Origin: Verrucomicrobia bacterium UBA6614
Lineage (GTDB): Bacteria > Verrucomicrobiota > Verrucomicrobiia > Limisphaerales > UBA1100
Direction: 5' to 3'
Assembly: GCA_002433235.1 (NCBI GenBank)
Contig: DJHS01000153.1
Span: forward strand, 48,612 to 112,611
DNA length: 64,000 bases
The notes under the pieces were generated by a model. The model saw only the letters and a program-made list of their open reading frames with translations. It made no database searches and was not told the DNA's origin. A program made the translations under genes and the position numbers. Below, piece by piece: positions 59,139 through 64,000 of the stretch; position 1 is the first letter of the stretch; each line of letters starts with the position of its first letter.

Positions 59139-60542
59139 TCACCAACTCTGAACTAAAGCCGGAAACTGGCAACCGTCACAAGTGGCGGGGGCATGATCAC
59201 AAAAATCGCGGACAATTTGCAGCAGCCCTTGCTGGTGGGCTGCGGCGGAAAGGCGGCGAGGTTCGGCAAACAGCCGCTGGCAGGCGAGTTTTAATGTCCG
59301 GTTATCTTGGGCCGGTGGCCAACTGTGGAAGCGGGACTCGATGCGCGACAACAATTCGCGATTCCGGCCCGCACTGGCACGGGCATGGAACCAAGGCAAG
59401 ATGACGTTGATGGCGAGATCTGTGGCACGGGCTGCCCCAAGAAGCGGGCAATGTCTTTCCTTGCGCGGACTTTTAAAGGTCCAGTGATGATTCCAAAACG
59501 GATCCGGTTTGACCTGCAGATATTCCAGCAGCGAACCGCCACGTTGGCTCTTTACACCATCCGACTCCAGCCAAGCTTGAAGACGTTTGGGCAAGTTGCC
59601 TGCCGCCATCCAGCCGGCCAGTAAAACCAGCCTGCGAACAGGATGGTTGGCAGGGCGCAATCCCGCCATTCGCCAAAGAGACCTTGGCAGGCAGTGGTCT
59701 GTCAAGGCATCACGTTCACGCCACCAACAGTCCCAGAGTTCGCGCAGGTACTCGCGAACGACAGTGGACTGCGTGGGGAAATCGTCCGTCAAGAAACCCG
59801 CGCACCCCAGCAGTCTGGCCTGCCAACCCAGGGCATCAGTGGAACCTACCGCGTGAAGTGCAGGCAAACGTTCGGCAAGGTTTTGCATGGGCCAGGTATT
59901 GTGCTTGTAGCCAAGTGCACGAAAGAGACCCTGCCACAAGGCAGCATCCCAGCCATGAATACGGGCCAGACGAGTCATGCCTTCAGCCTTGGTTTGCAGG
60001 CGAACGAGAGCAGCCTGACTCAGAAGTTCCTCCAGCGCCTCGGCAGACAATGCCGCCAGTGGGGCCCTGCACTGGCCAGCAAATTCTGTGGGAAAAGGCG
60101 GTTCGGTGGTGTGCCAGGCAGACAGTTGTTTCAAGGGCGCATCACAGTGGGGTTGAAGTCGGAGCGTGGGCAGATGTGTCCGCGCCGGGCCATTCCAGAC
60201 AACGTGCAAAATGACACCTCCAAACCCGGGGTTGTCAGCATGACCATGCGCGCGCCAATCGGAAGCGGCCGAATCGATTTCGATGTCACCAGTCACGGGC
60301 GAACCATCGCCAAGTTGGATCACAGCCCGATGGAAATCGGGCCCAGCTTCGTAATTCCAAAAACCAGGATGGAACACACGAAGGATTTGGCCATCGCAGG
60401 TATGAAGCCGGTCCCGTCGAATGCGCTGGTGCTGCCAAATCCCCTGCAGTAGCCGCTCTGGAGGTGGTCTCGCAGGCGCGTCATGCAGGGCATCGTCAAC
60501 CCTTTGCGCACGCCATTGGGAATAAATTTTGGGGTCGGCCAT
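59139..60542 (-). CDS. DUF2851 family protein
   Basis: ERLLQGIW, PGFWN..AGPDF, GDIEI, HGH..NP, ILHVVW, LGYKHN, RPANHP.RR, QQGLLQI, C-terminal Cys cluster. Confidence 0.85.
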   Translation of the reverse strand: MADPKIYSQWRAQRVDDALHDAPARPPPERLLQGIWQHQRIRRDRLHTCDGQILRVFHPGFWNYEAGPDFHRAVIQLGDGSPVTGDIEIDSAASDWRAHGHADNPGFGGVILHVVWNGPARTHLPTLRLQPHCDAPLKQLSAWHTTEPPFPTEFAGQCRAPLAALSAEALEELLSQAALVRLQTKAEGMTRLARIHGWDAALWQGLFRALGYKHNTWPMQNLAERLPALHAVGSTDALGWQARLLGCAGFLTDDFPTQSTVVREYLRELWDCWWRERDALTDHCLPRSLWRMAGLRPANHPVRRLVLLAGWMAAGNLPKRLQAWLESDGVKSQRGGSLLEYLQVKPDPFWNHHWTFKSPRKERHCPLLGAARATDLAINVILPWFHARASAGRNRELLSRIESRFHSWPPAQDNRTLKLACQRLFAEPRRLSAAAHQQGLLQIVRDFCDHAPATCDGCQFPALVQSW

Positions 60543-60620
60543 GTTCACTTCCGTTGCGTGGAGTGGATTTTTTTGCCAAATTGTTCCTGTCTCGTTCCAC
60601 GACAGGCGGGCTTGTTTTAA

Positions 60621-61982
60621 ATGAATACTAGGACCATCCACCGGACTGCACCGGCCGTCAACCGCGCATTGACGGCGGCGTTGTTGATGTATGGATTTCT
60701 CTGCCTTGAGGCGGAAAGTCCGCGACGCGACGCGGTTGTGCGGGCCGTGGAACAGGTGATGCCCAGCGTGGTGAACATTTCCACGGAGACCGTGGTGGAA
60801 GTCCGTGATCCATTCGCGGAAATGTTGCGCGATTTTTGGGGACCGTTTTATCAACGGCGCGGCCCGAATGTGCGCCACAGCCTGGGTTCCGGGGTAATCA
60901 TTGACCCGGATGGATACCTGTTGACGAATCATCACGTTGTCCAACGGGCAACGCGTATCACCGTAAAGTTAATGGACGGCAGGGAACTGGAGGCAAAGCC
61001 TGTAGCAGGCACCGCGCGAAGCGACTTAGCCTTGCTGAAAATCAAGGCAGCCAAGGGGGCGCGGTTCAATGCGGTGGAATTTGCGAAGGCAAACGACCTG
61101 CTGCTCGGGGAATCGGTCATAGCACTGGGAAACCCGTTTGGTCTGGGTGGCTCGGTGAGCCGTGGCATTCTCAGCAGCAAACAGCGCAAGGCACCACGGG
61201 AGGGAGAGAAACTGGACATTGCGAACTGGCTGCAAACAGATGCCGCCATCAACCCAGGCAACAGCGGAGGCCCGTTGGTGAACTTGGATGGCAAATTGAT
61301 CGGCATCAACGTAGCCATTCACCGGCAGGGCCAAGGCATCGGATTCGCCATTCCCATCCGGCAGGTCAATGCGGCCCTAACGGATTTTTTCACACCGGAA
61401 CGCCTGCAAGGCCTTTGGCTAGGAGCACGCGTAAAGCCCGGCCCGGAGGGCATGGTGGTAATATTGGTGGAACCTGGCGGGCCGGCGGCTGATGGAGGAT
61501 TACGCGTGGGAGACCGTGTGATCTCCATCAACGGTCGGGAAACAGGACACCTGCTGGACTGGGCCAAGGCCATCGAGGCACGCATGGAAATGATTGTCAC
61601 GCGCGCTGGGCAACGGCGAACCCTGAAATTGAGGCTTCGTCCGGAGGAGGATTTTTTCAACGCAACACTCGTGCAAAGGCGCTTGGGGTTTTCGCTTGAA
61701 CCGTTGACGGAAGCCTTGGCGAAACGACTGCGCCTGAGTTTTACCGGCGGATTCGTGGTCACCGAGGTGGAGAAGAACGGCCCGGCGCATGATGCTGGTC
61801 TGCGCACAGACCATGTGGTCGAGTCGATTAACGGCCAGGCACCATCGACATTGGTGGAATTTGCAAGGCAGGTGAACGCCCTGCGCCGAGGCGACCGGGC
61901 GCGGTTGATGGTGGTCATTGAAAATCGCACAGGCAACTTCATCCAACGGCGCCAAGCCATGGCGGAGGTGACGGCGCGATGA
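60621..61982 (+). CDS. DegP/HtrA-like serine protease with PDZ domains
   Basis: LGSGVII, TNHHVV, DLALLK, GNPFGL, QTDAAINPGNSGGPL, two PDZ-like domains. Confidence 0.92.
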   Translation: MNTRTIHRTAPAVNRALTAALLMYGFLCLEAESPRRDAVVRAVEQVMPSVVNISTETVVEVRDPFAEMLRDFWGPFYQRRGPNVRHSLGSGVIIDPDGYLLTNHHVVQRATRITVKLMDGRELEAKPVAGTARSDLALLKIKAAKGARFNAVEFAKANDLLLGESVIALGNPFGLGGSVSRGILSSKQRKAPREGEKLDIANWLQTDAAINPGNSGGPLVNLDGKLIGINVAIHRQGQGIGFAIPIRQVNAALTDFFTPERLQGLWLGARVKPGPEGMVVILVEPGGPAADGGLRVGDRVISINGRETGHLLDWAKAIEARMEMIVTRAGQRRTLKLRLRPEEDFFNATLVQRRLGFSLEPLTEALAKRLRLSFTGGFVVTEVEKNGPAHDAGLRTDHVVESINGQAPSTLVEFARQVNALRRGDRARLMVVIENRTGNFIQRRQAMAEVTAR

Positions 61983-62959
61983 CCCTTGAGACCAACGGCA
62001 AACCCATGATCGAGGTCCGCGGCTTGCGGAAGGAATATGCCGGCAAGCCGGCCGTCAAGGGGCTGAATTTCACTGTGGCACGCGGTGAAATTGTCGGTTT
62101 CATAGGTCCCAATGGCGCGGGCAAGAGTACGACGATGCGCATTCTGGCCTCGTTTCTCTCCGCCACCGCCGGCACAGCACAGGTGGCCGGTTTTGATGTG
62201 GAACGTGACTCCATGGAAGTGCGACGGCGCGTGGGATACATGCCCGAAAACAATCCACTCCCGGAAGACATGCGAGTGCGCGAGTACCTGAAGTTCCGCG
62301 CAAGACTCAAGGGATTGAGCCGCATGGCCAGTCGTAACCGGGTGGACGAGGTATCCGGACAACTGGGGCTTGAGGAGGTGTGCAACAAGATGATCGGCCA
62401 CCTGTCCAAGGGGTTCCGCCAGCGGGTGGGGCTGGCCGATGCGCTGGTCCATGAGCCGGATCTTTTGATCCTAGATGAACCCACCATCGGTTTAGACCCT
62501 CACCAAATCATGGCCGTGCGGGAATTAATCAAGAAACTGTCCGCGGATCGCACCGTGCTCATTTCCTCGCACATTCTGCCAGAGGTGGAGGTCACCTGTA
62601 ACCGGCTGCTAATTATGCATCGTGGTAACTTGTTGGCTGCGGACACACAATCAAACCTGCAAAAACGAATCGGCGGGGCCACCCGCGTGGTGGCGGAATT
62701 GAGCGCCCCGGAAGGTGACTTGCGGACCGCGTGGGAGGAAATGGGGGAGGTCAGGGATTTCCACTTGTCGGCCACGGAAGGTGATTTTCGGCGGTGCGTT
62801 TTGATGCCGCGCGACGGTGTCGATTTGCGCACGCGGGTGGTGGACTTGGCGCACGCACGTGGATGGACCCTGCGTGAGTTGTCTGAAAACCGGGCGACGC
62901 TGGAGGACATCTTCGTGCAACTCACCCGACCGGATGATGACGAGGAGGACTTGTTTTAA
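61979..62959 (+). CDS. ABC transporter ATP-binding protein (GldA-like)
   Basis: GPNGAGKST, LSKGFRQRVG, LILDEPT.GLDP, SSHIL. Confidence 0.92.
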   Translation: MTLETNGKPMIEVRGLRKEYAGKPAVKGLNFTVARGEIVGFIGPNGAGKSTTMRILASFLSATAGTAQVAGFDVERDSMEVRRRVGYMPENNPLPEDMRVREYLKFRARLKGLSRMASRNRVDEVSGQLGLEEVCNKMIGHLSKGFRQRVGLADALVHEPDLLILDEPTIGLDPHQIMAVRELIKKLSADRTVLISSHILPEVEVTCNRLLIMHRGNLLAADTQSNLQKRIGGATRVVAELSAPEGDLRTAWEEMGEVRDFHLSATEGDFRRCVLMPRDGVDLRTRVVDLAHARGWTLRELSENRATLEDIFVQLTRPDDDEEDLF

Positions 62960-63711
62960 TGGCGGCCTTTCTCACTCTTACACGCCGCGAATTGAGTGGT
63001 TACTTTTTCTCCCTGCGCGGCTATGTGATCATTGCCGGCGTGCAGCTGCTGATTGGAGCCAGCCTATTGATTGTGCTGGACGCCCTGAACGAGAAACCCT
63101 TCGACATACCGCTCACTGAAAAGCTGCCCAACAGCGGGTTCTTCTGGCTGGTCCTTCTCCTGATGGCGCCGATCATCACTATGCGAACCTACGCACACGA
63201 AAAATCAACCGGCACATTCGAAACTCTTTTGGCCACGCCGGTCAGTGACCGTGCGGTCGTACTTGCCAAGTTTGTCGGCGCATGGCTGTTCTACCTGCTG
63301 GCTTGGGCCCCCGCCGCCACGTTGCCTTTCTTGTTAAGCCGATATGTGGACGGCTTGGGCCCAGTGGACACGGGCCCGCTGGTCAGCCTCGCACTGGGGG
63401 TGGGAGTCATCGGTGCCTTCTTCATGGCCGTCGGGTGTTTTGCCTCGGCACTGACGCGCAGCCAAATCATTGCGGCCATGACCAGTTTTGCCATCGGCAC
63501 CGGCGTCTTTTTGATAGGATTGCTGGCCGTGTATCGCCCCCCACAACTGGGCTGGAAGACGGACTTGTTTGCCCATATTTCAATGGTTGAACACATGGGG
63601 GATTTTGCCAGCGGCATTGTGGATTCCAGGCACCTTGTGTTTTACATCAGCCTGACCCTGATGTTCCTGTATTTAACCGAGCAGGTGCTCGCCAGTCGGC
63701 GCTGGAAATGA
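62959..63711 (+). CDS. ABC-2 permease (GldF-like)
   Basis: RREL..YF.S, P.ITMR, E...GT.E.L...P, KF, SALT.SQIIAA, F..GIVD. Confidence 0.88.
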   Translation: MAAFLTLTRRELSGYFFSLRGYVIIAGVQLLIGASLLIVLDALNEKPFDIPLTEKLPNSGFFWLVLLLMAPIITMRTYAHEKSTGTFETLLATPVSDRAVVLAKFVGAWLFYLLAWAPAATLPFLLSRYVDGLGPVDTGPLVSLALGVGVIGAFFMAVGCFASALTRSQIIAAMTSFAIGTGVFLIGLLAVYRPPQLGWKTDLFAHISMVEHMGDFASGIVDSRHLVFYISLTLMFLYLTEQVLASRRWK

Positions 63712-64000
63712 CCATGAGCGACACCCCCGCCAAATCGTCCGCCCCCATACGCCGCTGGCTGTGGTGGGTGAACTTTGCCCTGGGCGTGGTCGCCGTGTTG
63801 GCACTTGCGGGCATGGCAAACTACTTCGCTCATCGCCACCACTCCCGCTCTCACTGGGCAGCCAGGCTGGACAAAAACCTTTCACCCATGACCCGGCAGG
63901 TTCTCGACTCGGTGACCAACGATGTCCGCGTGGTCGTGTTTTATGACCGTCGCGAATCGTTGTACCGACCCGTCGTTGAATTACTCCGCCAATACAAGCA
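63708..64000 (+). CDS. GldG-like ABC auxiliary component (5' partial)
   Basis: Open frame to window end: TM, ANYF, LSPMTRQVLDSVTNDVRVVVFY; ATGA overlap; start 63708 or 63714. Confidence 0.75.
   Translation, partial: MTMSDTPAKSSAPIRRWLWWVNFALGVVAVLALAGMANYFAHRHHSRSHWAARLDKNLSPMTRQVLDSVTNDVRVVVFYDRRESLYRPVVELLRQYK

Overview
GC-rich bacterial chromosomal window. It is most consistent with a PVC-superphylum organism, probably Verrucomicrobiota subdivision 3 (inference from the PVC-type CxxCH dehydrogenase, prepilin/H-X9-DG-like proteins, DUF1080, DUF2851 and PQQ-propeller genes). Core loci: topB-xerC, folP-cdaA-(mini cdaR)-glmM-GNAT, hpnA, rpmH-rnpA-yidD-yidC-jag (no dnaA adjacent), scpA-scpB-pheA, a hisA, sugar-metabolism genes and degP-gldA/F/G-like ABC genes. 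I saw no rRNA, tRNA, CRISPR array, transposase or phage gene. Most notable signals: (1) strong enrichment of extended D/E-X-N-X-S/T sequons in exported domains (a 1510-aa surface protein and a YidC linker), suggesting PglB-type N-glycosylation; (2) a ~280-nt highly structured intergenic region that matches no RNA family I recognise; (3) a secreted Q/N/FG tandem-repeat protein on its own transcript; (4) two stand-alone miniature secretin-like proteins; (5) a GC-mosaic giant protein with a metzincin-like domain lacking zinc ligands; (6) LysM-like modules inserted inside two unrelated domains; (7) pervasive leaderless-type promoter architecture; (8) a 2.6-kb cluster of lesioned genes. All family calls come from motif recognition by eye, without database searches.
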